From positions 16,368,001-16,432,000 of the forward strand of contig OX597821.1 of the NCBI GenBank assembly GCA_951406725.2: a DNA stretch of 64,000 nucleotides, in the 5' to 3' direction. The DNA is from Octopus vulgaris (lineage: Eukaryota). The position numbers were made by a program, and so were the translations under genes. Below are positions 14,540 through 29,945 of this stretch, piece after piece. The notes under the pieces are model-generated. The model did not search any database and was not told the origin of the DNA. It worked only from the letters and a program-made list of their open reading frames with translations. Numbering within the stretch: position 1 is the stretch's first letter; the number at the start of each line of letters is the position of its first letter.

Positions 14540-15498
14540 AAGATATTAAGGCTAATTAGAAGATAGAGTACTTGAAAAAGAAATATTAACAATATTAAAG
14601 TTTGTGGGTAAAAACGTTATTTAATCTTAAGGCTAATTAGGGGATAGAGTATCTGAAAATGTATTAGCAATATTAATATTATATTATAGTGTGGATAAAA
14701 ACTGTTATTAGCAATATTAATATATTAGAGTGGGTAAAAACGTTATTTAGGCTAATTAGGAGATAGAGTATCTGAAAATATATTAGCAATATTAATATTA
14801 TATTAGAGTGTGGGTAGTTATTTAATCTTAAGTAATTAGGAGTAAAAATATATTAGCAATATTAATAATCTTATTTAATCTTAAGGCTAATTAGGAGATA
14901 GAGTATCTGAAAATATATTAGCAATATTAATATTATATTAGAGTGTGGATAAAAACGTTATTTAATCTTAAGGCTAATTAGGAGATAGAGTATCTGAAAA
15001 TATATTAGCAATATTAATATTATATTAGAGTGTGGATAAAAACGTTATTTAATCTTAAGGCTAATTAGGAGATAGAGTATGTGAAAATATATTAGCAATA
15101 TTAATATTATATTAGAGTGTGGATAAAAACGTTATTTAATCTTAAGGCTAATTAGGAGATAGAGTATCTGAAAATATATTAGCAATATTAATATTATATT
15201 AGAGTGTGGGTAAAAACGTTATTTAATCTTAAGGCTAATTAGAAGATAGAGTATCTGAAAATATATTAGCAATATTAATATTATATTAGAGTGTGGATAA
15301 AAACGTTATTTAATCTTAAGGCTAATTAGGAGATAGAGTATCTGAAAATATATTAGCAATATTAATATTATATTAGAGTGTGGATAAAAACGTTATTTAA
15401 TCTTAAGGCTAATTAGGAGATAGAGTATCTGAAAATATATTAGCAATATTAATATTATATTAGAGTGTGGATAAAAACGTTATTTAATCTTAAGGCTA
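14540..15498 (-). repeat. 87-bp tandem array forming the LINE 5' end
   Basis: The motif aacgttatttaatc recurs at 14954, 15041, 15128, 15215, 15302, 15389 and 15476 (period 87). About 4 degraded units lie toward ORF1. Confidence 0.95.
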
Positions 15499-15545
15499 TA
15501 TATATATAGTATATATATATATTATAAATATTAATATATATATAT

Positions 15546-15619
<74 letters not shown>

Positions 15620-15691
15620 TATATTTAAGTTAAATAACGTATATAATATATATATATAAGGCTATGTATATATATATATATATATATGTAT

Positions 15692-15731
<40 letters not shown>

Positions 15732-15778
15732 GTATATATATATGTATATATATATGTATATATATGTATATATATATG

Positions 15779-15874
<96 letters not shown>

Positions 15875-15880
15875 TGTATA

Positions 15881-15935
<55 letters not shown>

Positions 15936-15997
15936 GTGGCGTTAGGAAGGGCATATATATGTATAGCCTGGTGCATATATATGTATGTATATATATG

Positions 15998-16056
<59 letters not shown>

Positions 16057-16069
16057 GTATATATATATG

Positions 16070-16116
<47 letters not shown>

Positions 16117-16183
16117 GTATATATATATGTATATATATATGTATATATATATATGTATATATATATGTATATATATGTATATA

Positions 16184-16234
<51 letters not shown>

Positions 16235-16250
16235 ATATATATGATATGTA
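15499..16250. repeat. (TA)n/(TATG)n microsatellite
   Basis: Directly visible; matched by the array at ~10330-10666 on the other side of the LINE. Confidence 0.95.
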
Positions 16251-16315
16251 TATATATGTTTTTTGTATCGTATTCTATATGTATCACGTTCTTGTCCCAG
16301 TTTGTATTTTTTTAC

Positions 16316-16380
<65 letters not shown>

Positions 16381-16384
<4 letters not shown>

Positions 16385-16728
16385 GTCATCCCATACGTTC
16401 TGTGAGATTTTCCCTTTTTTGAGATTGAATGAAATTTAATAGTATTTTAGAATGTCTAATGGAATTAAAAATTATTTTATATGCATTTCTGTACATTTAA
16501 ACTAATTAAGTATTATTTTACAGTATAATAGAATTAAGACTTATTCGATTAAAACCCTTTCTTCTAACATGGAAGTATCCACAGAGCATTTCTAGCACAT
16601 AATGCTTTTATGAGTACGAAAAAGGAAACACTGCAGCCAAAGCGACTCGAAACATACACTCAGTTTATGGGAAAGAATGCTTGAATGAAAGAACTTGCAG
16701 AAGATGTTTTACAAAATTTAGAAGTGGG
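16381..16728 (+). mobile_element. Mariner 5' fragment (TIR plus degenerate HTH N-terminus)
   Basis: Follows TA. From 16569 it reads approximately MEVSTEHF*HIML..YEKGNTAAKATRNIHSVYGKECLNERTCRRCFTKFRSG, a typical mariner transposase N-terminus. Confidence 0.8.
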
Positions 16729-16999
16729 CACAAATTTAAATTTTTGAAAATGCGATTTTTTGAAAATTCCGGAAACTGATCCTCTATAACCAAAAAATGT
16801 GGGATTCCGTATAAAAAAAAACAAAAAAAAACTATATATCGATTTTGCCGGAAATTATGACGGAAAAATCGGATCTTATGAATTTTCCGAAAGTCCCCTC
16901 GCCACTCAACCCCAAGGTCGTCAGCGCGCATTTTTTTTTTTTTTCACATCTCTTTTTCCACACATTTTATGTACCCGGGTGACGGTCTTTATATTGACC

Positions 17000-17067
<68 letters not shown>

Positions 17068-17072
17068 CATAT

Positions 17073-17136
<64 letters not shown>

Positions 17137-17402
17137 GACATAGATATTGTGTCGTAAAGCCAGCTGGAAACGATGTTTCCCCACACACAACAGGAACAAG
17201 CGTCCCTTCAAGGACAGCCATATTATGTTGGCAACACACGGCATTAAAGAACTGTTACTGAATATCTCTCTTTGAGAGATTTAGAAATGTTAATGCTTCT
17301 ACTTTTGATAGAATATTGTTTTTGTGAAAAATAAACAATCAACAATCACCACAAACATAGCAGCATCATCATCGTTCATTGCAATAAAATTGTTTTACTT
17401 AC

Positions 17403-17469
17403 CTTTCAAATTTAAAGCACATAGGATAACCAAAAGCAGTAACACTAACTGTATAGTGTTATAAAACAT
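17403..17469 (-). CDS. First coding exon (signal peptide) of an unidentified secreted or membrane host protein
   Basis: ATG at 17469 gives MFYNTIQLVLLLLVILCALNLK plus 1 nt, then a consensus donor AAG|GTAAGT (phase 1), in non-repetitive context. Downstream exons were not identified. Confidence 0.65.
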
Positions 17470-17950
17470 GATTGGTTCTGAAGTGTTGCACCGGTCAAGT
17501 ATATTGATTCTCTTCAAGTATAACAATATCGGCTGGAACCAACTCACTTCCTTCTGAGTCATTCCAGCAGAGTTTAAAGCTTTTATAAGAAAAAAATGCC
17601 ATTCTTGTTCTTTGTTTTTTTTTCTGGTTTTTTGTTTCGTTTATTTTATTTTTTACTTTTTGTAACCCACGACAACTAGTTTTAACAACAAACCATGTGT
17701 AGATAAAATTAGTGAAAGAAAGGCGGTGTAGCAGGGGGTGTGGGTGGGTTAGAGAGTGAATGAAAGGGACAAAAAGGGAAGAGGAACGAAAGGCAAAGAG
17801 TGAAAGGGACTCACGACGACGACGATGATGATGTTAGGGCGAAAAAAAAATATGTAGAGTTTATTAACGTCGCAAAAAGAACACTATCATTCATTACATA
17901 TACACGCAGGTGTATGTGTGTGTGTGTGTGTGTGTATGTATAAGCCTACG

Positions 17951-17997
<47 letters not shown>

Positions 17998-18022
17998 ATA
18001 TATGTATATATGTATATATATG

Positions 18023-18060
<38 letters not shown>

Positions 18061-18876
18061 TAGAGAGAGAGAAATTCGGGGTGAGTACTTGATAATTATA
18101 ATGTACATGTTTACACGTGAGTACGCATGTGTACTTATATGCTTGGAGCTGTGTATACGCGCGTATATGTGCGCGTGTATATGGGTGTATGTATCCATGC
18201 TGGTATGTATGTACAAGATGACCACTTAATTCAAGGAACTAGATTAACTGCTCAACAGCTCTGATTTACAGTACACTAGGTCCCCAGACGCCCCTGTTGA
18301 TTTATTGACACCCAAAACTTCTACAACTAAATTTTGTCATTTTCCTGACCACCATGTTTGGTCCGTAACCACTATACATCCCTTATCTTTATATTTTTTT
18401 ACATTTTTTTCATTTTTATTCCTATTTTTATTTTTTTACTTTTATTTCTATTTCTATTTTTACTTTATAAATTTATGCCTTTATATTCATTTATATTTTT
18501 TATATTCTTTATATCACCTTTATATCTCCTTATATCTCTTTATATCTTTATACTCTACATTTTTATACTTTTCTATACTTACACTTTTTATATATTCTTT
18601 ATATATTTTTTACCCTTCGTCCTGAATTCTCGCCCCTCCATCTTTACCCCTATTTACTCTTCTTACCAGGTTCCTTCACGTCTATATATGTATTTATTTA
18701 TTAATTTCTTTACCTTACTTCAACATCCAAATTTCCTCATTCTACATTGAGAGAAGAAAGAGATGGACGCTTCAATTCTATGCTGTTGCCGCATTATGTC
18801 GTACGCGAATGAGAGGATTTGCATCCCCAACCAAGAATTTTTGATGTAACACATGTCCTTGTGGAAGCTGTTGTGC

Positions 18877-18954
18877 GCGGCTGAAGAAGGCCACAGACAT
18901 ACATTATGCATTGTTATAAACCTGTCTAATAAAGGCCCGAAACATATGTACCGC
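18877..18954 (+). ncRNA. Minimal type I hammerhead ribozyme motif
   Basis: GCGG-CTGAAGA-a-GGCC...GGCC-c-GAAA-CATATG-TA|CCGC. Intact core, stem I GCGG/CCGC, stem II GGCC/GGCC, palindromic helix III ACATATGT, GUA triplet with predicted cut after 18950. Confidence 0.82.
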
Positions 18955-19108
18955 TGAATCCTTGGCATCATGTTTTTATTTTGATCAATGTATATATATA
19001 TATAAATATATATACATATATATATACATATATATATATACATATATATATATATACATATATATATACATATATAAATATATATACATATATATATACA
19101 TATATAAA

Positions 19109-19153
<45 letters not shown>

Positions 19154-19174
19154 GTATATATATAATATATATAC

Positions 19175-19307
<133 letters not shown>

Positions 19308-19308
19308 C

Positions 19309-19365
<57 letters not shown>

Positions 19366-19376
19366 TATATACATAT

Positions 19377-19472
<96 letters not shown>

Positions 19473-19480
19473 CATATATA

Positions 19481-19520
<40 letters not shown>

Positions 19521-19522
19521 TA

Positions 19523-19580
<58 letters not shown>

Positions 19581-19586
19581 TATATT

Positions 19587-19635
<49 letters not shown>

Positions 19636-19668
19636 TGATCAAAATAAAAACATGATGCCAAGGATTCA

Positions 19669-19746
19669 GCGGTACATATGTTTCGGGCCTTTATTAGACA
19701 GATTTATAACAATGCATAATGTACGTCTGTGGCCTTCTTCAGCCGC
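19669..19746 (-). ncRNA. Minimal type I hammerhead ribozyme motif (inverted copy)
   Basis: Reverse complement of 18877-18954. The two differences lie in the stem II insert, not in the core. Confidence 0.82.
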
Positions 19747-20004
19747 GCACAACAGCTTCCACAAGGACATGTGTTACATCAAAAATTCTTGGTTGGGGAT
19801 GCAAATCCTCTCATTCGCGTACATACATACATACATACATACATACATAAAACTTTATTTACATTTACATATAACTTTGTTTACTTATTTATATTTAGGT
19901 ATGTATGCACATATGTGTGTGTAAGCATTCCCTCATATATGAACAAATAATATACATATATATATATATATATTAGTTGTAGAGAAAATAATGGATGGAT
20001 TAAT

Positions 20005-20578
20005 AGTTAAGTTAAGTTAATTTTGGGGCTCAAAAAGCAAAAAGCAAGGCCATGTAGGGGTACATGGAGTTATGTACAGGGAGGGTGTTCATGCAAAGAG
20101 TTCAGGCCATTTCTGCTCAAGAGAGACTTTGAACCGAGCGTCGTCGGTATCTTCACTATCTCGTGCGGCACCTTATTCCACGGATCCGCAACCCGGACGG
20201 AGAAAGCCCCTCTCCTTGGATTGAGATGGAATCGTTGCAGATCGAGCTTTTCGGAGTGACCCCGCAGCCGACGCTCTGGAGCAGAAGTGAAGAACAGCTC
20301 TTTCGAGAGGTTACACTTTCCGCTTATGATGTGAGCGAGAATGAGATCACCACGGCGTCGTCGTTTTTCTAGAGAATAAAGGTCTTCAGCCTTTCTTCAT
20401 AAGACAAATGCTTGAGACCAAGAACCATGCGGGTAACCAGCTTCTGGACGCTTTCGAGATGATGTATGCTTTGAGGAGATATGGAGAAGAGGCTTGAATC
20501 CCGTACTCCAATATGGGTCTCACCAACGTGACATAGAGCGGTAGGAATATGGCTGCTGTTAGCATTCCGAATGACCGA
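20005..20578 (-). mobile_element. 5'-truncated CR1-like LINE (RT C-terminus and 3' UTR)
   Basis: Minus strand encodes LVRPILEYGIQASSPY...RMVLGLKHLSYEERL-type sequence. 3' hairpin ccatgtaggggtacatgg and (ttaag)n tail. Same family as 57430-57875. Confidence 0.88.
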
Positions 20579-21848
20579 GATAGAGAGATAGAGAGATAAT
20601 TAGATACATTGGCAGACAGACAGTCAGAAAGTTTTAGAATTTAGATTAGATTCCACTGTCTTCAAACCCCTTCATTTCTTTTATAAGTGATCTGTGCAGA
20701 TATTACTACACAGTAATAATTTATTGGCGAGTGGAAATGATATGTCCAGTAAAAAATTTGTGAAGAAATGTAACTAATAGAGTGTGCAGCCGACGCGCAT
20801 CGCTAACTATTGTAATTAATCTATTGTAGCGGCTGCATGATGAAGCTGAATGTGACATAGTTGACTGGTAATTTCATTTTAAAATAGGGAAGCGAGAAGT
20901 TGTTATTAGCAGGCTTTGAAAACAGAATGGTGATAAAATGCAAGAAATTCCTTATGGCCTTTTGTGTGTAGCCCAAGAACTTCTAAGAATGCAGCCCCAT
21001 AATCGTTTCGCTAAAATCGGTTTCAAATGTTGAAGGAATAAATCAATTACATCGACCTCAGTGGTACTTACTATATCGGCCCTAACGGGAAGAAAGTCAA
21101 GGTCGTATTTGTAAGGAATTTGAACTCAGAACGTAAACACGGAGAAAATCCTACTAAATATTGTTATCCGGCTTGGTAACAGTTCAGTAAGCTAGTTGCA
21201 TTATCATTTCGCTAGCGATAAAATCACATAATTCAACGTAAAAGTTTTTGGTGTAAACCTTTGGCACAAGGCCAGCAATTTTTTTGGCAAGTCAATTTCA
21301 TCGACTCCACTGCTTAACTGGTACTTATTTTATCCAGCCGAAAGTATAAAAGAAATATTTGACCTCGGCGGAACGTAAAAACGGACAGAAAGTAAGAAGG
21401 GATGGAATACCATTAACTCTTTTTATTCAGCGTGATCTGTCAGCTCGCCGCTTAATCATCTCACCAATTATAAAATCGCATAACTCAATATAAGAGTATT
21501 ATCATATAATACCACCTTTGACAGAATTGCAACATTTCAATCTTAAACCGTTATATAGAAATGAAAACGAGACCACAATGAAAATGAAAAGTGCTCCTTT
21601 TGCTGAATTTCAACAGAAGTAAAAAAAAAGTAAGTCTTTGTGATTCAAAAAGGAGTGGAACTTGTCTGTGAATGATAATTTAGAAAATGTTTATTTCCTA
21701 TTCATTATCTTCTTCGAGATGCTATTTCTAATCTAAATCAAGGCACGCGAATAAACAAAAGAAAGAAAATTGCTTCTCTGTGATTCACTTACTATATTAA
21801 TAGCAACCGTTTGAGACTAGCGTAATATTACGAATAATAATAATAATG

Positions 21849-21897
<49 letters not shown>

Positions 21898-23064
21898 CTA
21901 GGATTTCACCTAACACCTAAGAGTATTTGTAGTGGAAATGGTGGAACTATGCGCCAAATCAATTAGACCTCATGTGTCAATGTAAATGAATTAGCTATAT
22001 TGCTGCGCCATAAATAGCAGCCAAAGCCGCTACTTAGAGTCCGGACTTCTGTATTAAAGAAGAATATGAATACAATGAAAGAAACTGAAAAGCGAGGGAG
22101 AGACAGGTGGAGAAAGGTTAAAAGACAAATGGAAAAGGTGGTTGATGTCAGAGGTAAATTATTTGAAAGAAAGTACAGGCAGTTTATACACGTCAATGAA
22201 GGTGTGTGAGTTCGTGTGCGATTGTGAATACCGAATGGAAGCAAAACGAAAGAAAGAGTTGTCCTTTGTTTACTTGTACGTTTACACATCTATGGACACA
22301 CAGACACACATATATGCAGATATACATATGTGTGAGTTTACTTACATACTTAGTTTCACACACACACATATGTCTGTATGTACCTATGTATGGAATTAGC
22401 AGGAGTGACTCAAAAGTAGAAATATATTTCACATGAAGCTCAGTAAGTGTATGAAAAGAGAAACAATATTATGTACGCGGAAAATCTCTGCAGTAAGACA
22501 TGCACACATACGAACACACACACACACACACACTTACACATTCACAGTCATTGTAGTGTAGAAGAGTAATTTCATGTAAGGAACTCACAAAAGCTGTTCT
22601 ATTGACTTTTCCTTTAATACGATATTCTATTATGAACTAATAAAATATCTCGTCTCATAATTCTGATCTCGACACTGCAAAACACCGACGGAGTGACAGT
22701 GTCAGAAAGCAGACAGTATAAAAGTAGCGGATATTATAAATTCTTATGATAGACTATGCAATTAAGTTTGAAAACACATAGCTCTCTTTGTGAAATTTAA
22801 ATGTCTAAAAAGTTACAAAAGTAGTATTTTTGTCTTTGCGTTTACATGGTAGTTGCTGATAAGTTGTTTGACAAAAAAAAAAAGAAAAAAGTTACATGTA
22901 CTATAATTATATGGGTAGCATTTCATATACAGATACATATAAAAATTACATGTATACATCCCTATGCGCGAATGCACACGCACACACACACACACACACA
23001 CACATAGGTCTATGAGAATTAATAAAATTTTGAAGTATAAAAGTTTCAAAAAATGTTATCAAAT

Positions 23065-23100
<36 letters not shown>

Positions 23101-23287
23101 CGCGCGCGTGTGTGTGTTAGTGTGTGTGTGTGTATGTGTGTGTATGTATGTATGTATGTATGTATGTATATATATATATATATATATATAAGATAAAACT
23201 TACTTCGAAAAAGATGCGTGGCGTTCGATCATTCGATCATATAATATAAATATATAAATATACGCATATATACATACATATATGTAC

Positions 23288-23319
<32 letters not shown>

Positions 23320-23520
23320 ATATATATACATTCATATATGGGTACAGGACATGAAAAACCGTGGACAAAATGAGAAATGGGATATGCAACATAAAGAACA
23401 TTTCCTTCATCAGTTGTCCCTTGGTTTATATACGCATACATATATGTACATATATATGTATATGTATCTATATATATATATGTATGTATATATATATGTA
23501 TGTATGTATATATATGTATG

Positions 23521-23581
<61 letters not shown>

Positions 23582-23583
23582 GT

Positions 23584-23621
<38 letters not shown>

Positions 23622-24494
23622 GCATATATGCATATTTTCGTGCACCAAAAGCAGTATAAAGTATTCTCTGGAACAACAATGAGAATCTTACATAACTTTA
23701 GCTTTACACTAAGTAAAAGTAGGAAGCAATAGGAACAATACAGAGAAAACAAAGAGTGCATACTGCATAACATAGAAGAAATTGGACATTACTTTGTAAA
23801 CATAGAAAAGTAATTACTAGGCCAGAAGGAAGAGAATTTTATTACCCTCCCTTGATTCTTAGGACTATTATTTTAACCGTTTACCTGTTCTCATTCTGAA
23901 CTTCCCTGTAATGAACAATCTCGAACTTAAAGCTCTGTGATATATTTTAAGGTCATTTGTTTCCCTAAGCGATCCTGAAGCACAATTTAAGCTTATGTTC
24001 TGTATTGGCATAGCATTTCAACATCTCGTTCCATCAAACAATTGATGTGATATTCAACTGGAAATACTTTGCTGAAAGAAAAGTTTAAGTAGTCAGCCTA
24101 ATGTAAAATGCTGAATGTAATGCTGTGTGCACAATGCGTATTTGAGATCAATGCAATGTGAGCACATGCAAGAGCTAGTCTCAGAAAATTTCACCTCCTT
24201 GTGTTAATATGTATTTTGGATAAAACATTTATACGTAATCTGAGAAAACGCTTTCTACCAAGGTACTCGTTGATTACATCGACCCCTTAATTTATTAACC
24301 CGAAGTGATGAAAGCAAAGTCAACCTCGGTGGTATTTGAACTCAGAACGTAGCAACTGACGAAACACTACCATGCATTTCGCTCGGCATGCTAGCGATTG
24401 TGCAAGTTCGCCGCCTTAATCATCTTAAGTTCTAGATAGTCTGGCTAATATAAGTGAAAAAGATGAAGTATCAATGTACAGTACAGTTATAAAA

Positions 24495-25258
24495 TGTTTG
24501 ATATATAAATCATTATTAACGTGGATGATTTAAAGCTCTTTGCAAAAAATTCCCAACTTCAGTGCTTACTAGCGATTGTTAAACAATTCAGTGATGACAT
24601 TAGGATGCAATCTGGCCTCGATAAATCTGCAAAGGTTACCTTTATTAAAGGAGAATTGACAAAAACATCTAATGTTAACCTTGACCAGCAGAATGTTATA
24701 AAGGAGTTAAAACCACAGAAGAGCTACAATACCTAGGGGTATTTGAAGGTGACGGAATCAAAAACTCAGTAATGAGGAAATGAATCAGAAGAAAATCTCA
24801 TCGCAGGGTTAAAACAATACTGAAGACAGAGCTGAATGCAAGAAACAGGATCGAACAGATCAATAACTTAGCCATACCAGTCGTGACTTACAGTTTCAAT
24901 ATCATTAACTGGTCAATTACTGAACTATGTAATCATGAAAGAAAAATACGAAATTTGTTGAAAATACATAGAATGCACCAAACTAAGGCAGATGCAGAAC
25001 GACTCTATCTGCCAAGAAAAGAGGGAGGCCATAAACATTTACAACTGCAATTAACAATGAAGATTGCCACAACTGGCCCAGAAAAACTCTGAGGACTGGA
25101 TATTAAAACTTGTTTCAAAATATGCTCTAGGACAATACTATGTACAAAACCAAATATATGACAGCCAAGGTATAACACTAACATGAGCTTTTAACTTGTC
25201 TTTTGATGCTTCTGGATGAGACTTGGAGCAAACTTGTACAAATACGACGCAAAATCAA
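24495..25258 (+). mobile_element. Degenerate R4/Dong-like (RLE-type) non-LTR retrotransposon fragment
   Basis: Motifs DDLKLFAK, FSDDIRMQ.GLDK.AK, LNARNRI...AIPVVTYSF.IINW, RLYLPRKEGG. Ends at a (TAA)n array. Confidence 0.8.
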
Positions 25259-25305
<47 letters not shown>

Positions 25306-25859
25306 TAATAATAACAATGATAATAATAATAATAATTATTATTATTATTATAATCCTTTCTACAAAAGGCACAAGGATTGAAATTTGGAGAAGGGAGATT
25401 ACATCAACCCTAGTGTGGCGCTGGCGCTTAATTTATCAACCCCGAAACGATGGAAGGCAAAGTCGACATTGGTGGAATTTGAACTCAGAGCGCAAAGACG
25501 GACAAAATATAGCTAAGCGTTTCACCTGTTGTACTAATAATAATGAGTGACTAATTTTCTCATTTTTTATTCCTGATGTGTTGAATGATAGCAGGCTCGC
25601 TAAACGCCTCCTACAGCATCATGTTGTCGGTTCCTTTCAACTATCTAATACTTACCTGATTATCCTGGCTGTGAAAAAGACAAACCTAGGCAGACCTAGG
25701 CAGCCTAGTCTTGTCTATGCGGATTTTCTCCAATGATATTAGGATGGAGTTTCGACTCTGAAAATAAGCTACAATGTTAATGAGACGATGACAGCTTGCC
25801 AGGACAGAAGGCATATGTTTGCCGAGTGGTGAAGTGATGAAGGCATTTCAAAGTCAGTC

Positions 25860-27463
<1,604 letters not shown>

Positions 27464-27466
<3 letters not shown>

Positions 27467-28024
27467 GGCCTGATACAGTACCAGGCAGTGGCTCTCGTGG
27501 CCTCTGCTTTTAACTGATTGGAAGTGTTATCATGTACATTGTTTTGTTTTGATATAAAAGATGGGCTACAGCAAATATTCTGCTAAATACCACAGATTTG
27601 CTTGTCGGTTGTTTGACCTTAACCAGTTGAGCATGTCCCTTAGTGGCTGACGATATGTGCATCTCTGATCATGAGTAGAAGTAGTGGGGGAGCATCATAG
27701 CCATGTGTTGAGAGGGATCCTTTGGGTTTTGAATAATTCACCTCTGGAAACATGGGTGTTTCGTTCAACATCCTTAAACAATCCTTATTCAGGGACCTTT
27801 TGAGCGGGGTGGGCTACTTGACCTGAAGAAAATTCTACCTGGGCTCCACCTGGAAGGTCATGCGCTGTTTATCTTGATATGAGATCATCATGTCGCGCAC
27901 ATATGGTTGTAATGCATGTGCTTAGTGTACCCTTACCAGATGGGTAGTCATGATGGGTATACCGGGCTTCGTATATTTTACCCCCGTGTCACTTTGATGG
28001 CATGCACTGCTCTCTCATTCAATA
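27464..28024. mobile_element. Unclassified ~560-bp interspersed repeat associated with (TAA)n
   Basis: Colinear diverged copy at ~60765-61298 (shared cagtaccag.cagtggctctc, ccttattcagggaccttttgagc, gacctgaagaaaattcta). Confidence 0.8.
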
Positions 28025-28845
28025 TTGCTATTGAATCATTTGAATGCAGTTATTTATTTTCCCTTTCTTGTGACTTGATAAGTCGATTACATCGACCCCA
28101 GTGTTCAACATATATTTCTGTCTAGTCTTGCTAATTTACTTGATATACCTGTTGAAAACATTATTACTGTAAATTCTTAATGGAACACCTGGAGTATTGG
28201 CACATAGCACTGTTCTTTCGTATTTAATCTTCTGTTAATTACGTAAACTTTTGTCTATTTCTTTAATACTCAATTCCATGTCTGTGTTATTATTCTCTTC
28301 TTTACGTTTCTTTACATTTCTTTGCTAATTCTTATTTCAGGCACCCTTAAAGGATGAGATAATTAATCTAAATCATAGACTAAATTTCTCTAAGCCAAAT
28401 ACATTGTAAGTTTTTGATAGAATCTGTTTACAGCATATCAAAATGTCTACAATTATTTGTCATCAGCTCTGTGTCTAACTTACACGACTTCAACAGTTAT
28501 TTGTCCTCGCTCAGACAAACATTATCATTTGAAGATTACAATAGTCTTATTGTTCATGATCTTTCACTGCACGAGTATTTAATTTGTAAACGTGAAGCAA
28601 CTGTTAGATCTTGCAAACACCTTTGTCAAATTTCATGCCCATATTCCTAAGACTTTCGAAATAAAGATTTTGCTTTCCTTCATTATTACCCACGCAAAGG
28701 CAAATAAACATACATTTAGTTATAATGCTTTTCATACAATCAGTATATAATTGTTTCATTTATAATTTTATCTAAAAGCATGAAAATTATTCCAAACATT
28801 TCATTTCTGGTTACGAATTTTTTTTTTTTATTCTCTCTCTTACAC

Positions 28846-29037
28846 TTTACTCTTTTACTTGTTTCAGTCATTTGACTGCGGCCATGCTGGAGCACCGCCT
28901 TTCATCAAGCAATTCGACTCCGGGACTTATTCTTTTGTAAGCCCAGCATTTATTCTATCGGTCTCTTTTGCCAAACCGCTAAGTAACGGGGACGTAAATA
29001 CACCAGCATCGGTTGTCAAGCAATGCTAGGAGGACAA

Positions 29038-29078
<41 letters not shown>

Positions 29079-29241
29079 CGACAGGCTTCCTTCAGTTTCC
29101 ATCTACCAAATCCACTCACAAGGCTTTGGTCGGCCCGAGGCTATAGTAGAAGACACTTGCCCAAGGTGCCACGCAGTGGGACTGAACCTAGAACCATGTG
29201 GTTGGTAAACAAGCTACTTACCACACAACCACTCCTGCGCC
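28846..29241 (-). mobile_element. tRNA-derived SINE family A (internal microsatellite, LINE-like tail)
   Basis: Head ggcgcaggagtggttgtgtggtaag with B-box-like ggttcagtccc, CORE-like ccttgggcaagt, internal (TA)/(CA), and tail ggcggtgctccagcatggccgcagtcaaatgactgaaac. Confidence 0.9.
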
Positions 29242-29454
29242 TTCATTTACATTTTTTATCTCTTTTTCTTTTTTCAGTCTTTAGACAGGGGTATGCTGGC
29301 GTACAAGCTTGAAGATCTTTTGATCGAATGAATCGATCCGAAGCCCTTTTTTTTTATTTTGTTACAACTTGTAAGTTGGGAAGCAAGCTACTTACAATAC
29401 AGCCACGCCTGCGCCTAATTTTTTTGTTTTGTGTTATTTCAATAAAATAAATAC

Positions 29455-29617
29455 GCGCAGGCGCGACTGTGTAGTAAGAAGCTTGCTTCCCGACCACATG
29501 GTTCCGGGTTCAGTCCCACTACGTAGCACTTTGGTCAAGTGTCTTCTAATAAAACCTCGGGCTATAAGCCATGCGAGTGGATTTCGTGGACGGAAACTGA
29601 ATGAAACCTGTCCTGCA

Positions 29618-29682
<65 letters not shown>

Positions 29683-29945
29683 GTGTGTGTATGTATGTAT
29701 ATGTATGTATTTATATGTATATGTATGTATGTATGTATATGTATGTATATGTGTGTGTATGTATTTGTGCGTCTCTGTACTACTCACCATCGTTTCGTAG
29801 CCGAGTGTGGTGTGTTTTCGCCCCCATTAATTTAGCGGTTCAGCAAAAGATGCCGATAGAATAAGTGCTAAGCTTACAAGAAATAAGTACCACGGTCGAA
29901 TTCTTCAACTAAATACGGTACTCCAGCAAGAGAAATAAAGAATAA
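29455..29945 (+). mobile_element. SINE family A, diverged copy, head-to-head with the previous one
   Basis: Same head, CORE-like segment and internal microsatellite on the opposite strand. Confidence 0.85.

Larger units (their letters stand above)
10667..15498 (-). mobile_element. Near full-length non-LTR retrotransposon (APE-RT LINE, CR1/L2-group-like) inserted in a (TA)n array
   Basis: 5' tandem array, then ORF1, AP endonuclease, RT, short 3' UTR and (AAAATC)n-like tail. (TA)n on both flanks. Confidence 0.93.

Noticed and set aside
14540-15498. Regular repeat as a CRISPR array
   Set aside because: Head-to-tail identical units with no unique spacers, no cas genes, and a eukaryotic context.
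23340-23430. Minus-strand CTGATGA in a TA-flanked repeat fragment
   Set aside because: No downstream GAAA or helix III, so a hammerhead cannot be built.
25648-25658. ATACTTACCTG as the U1 snRNA 5' end
   Set aside because: Similarity stops after 11 nt; better read as the complement of a splice donor.
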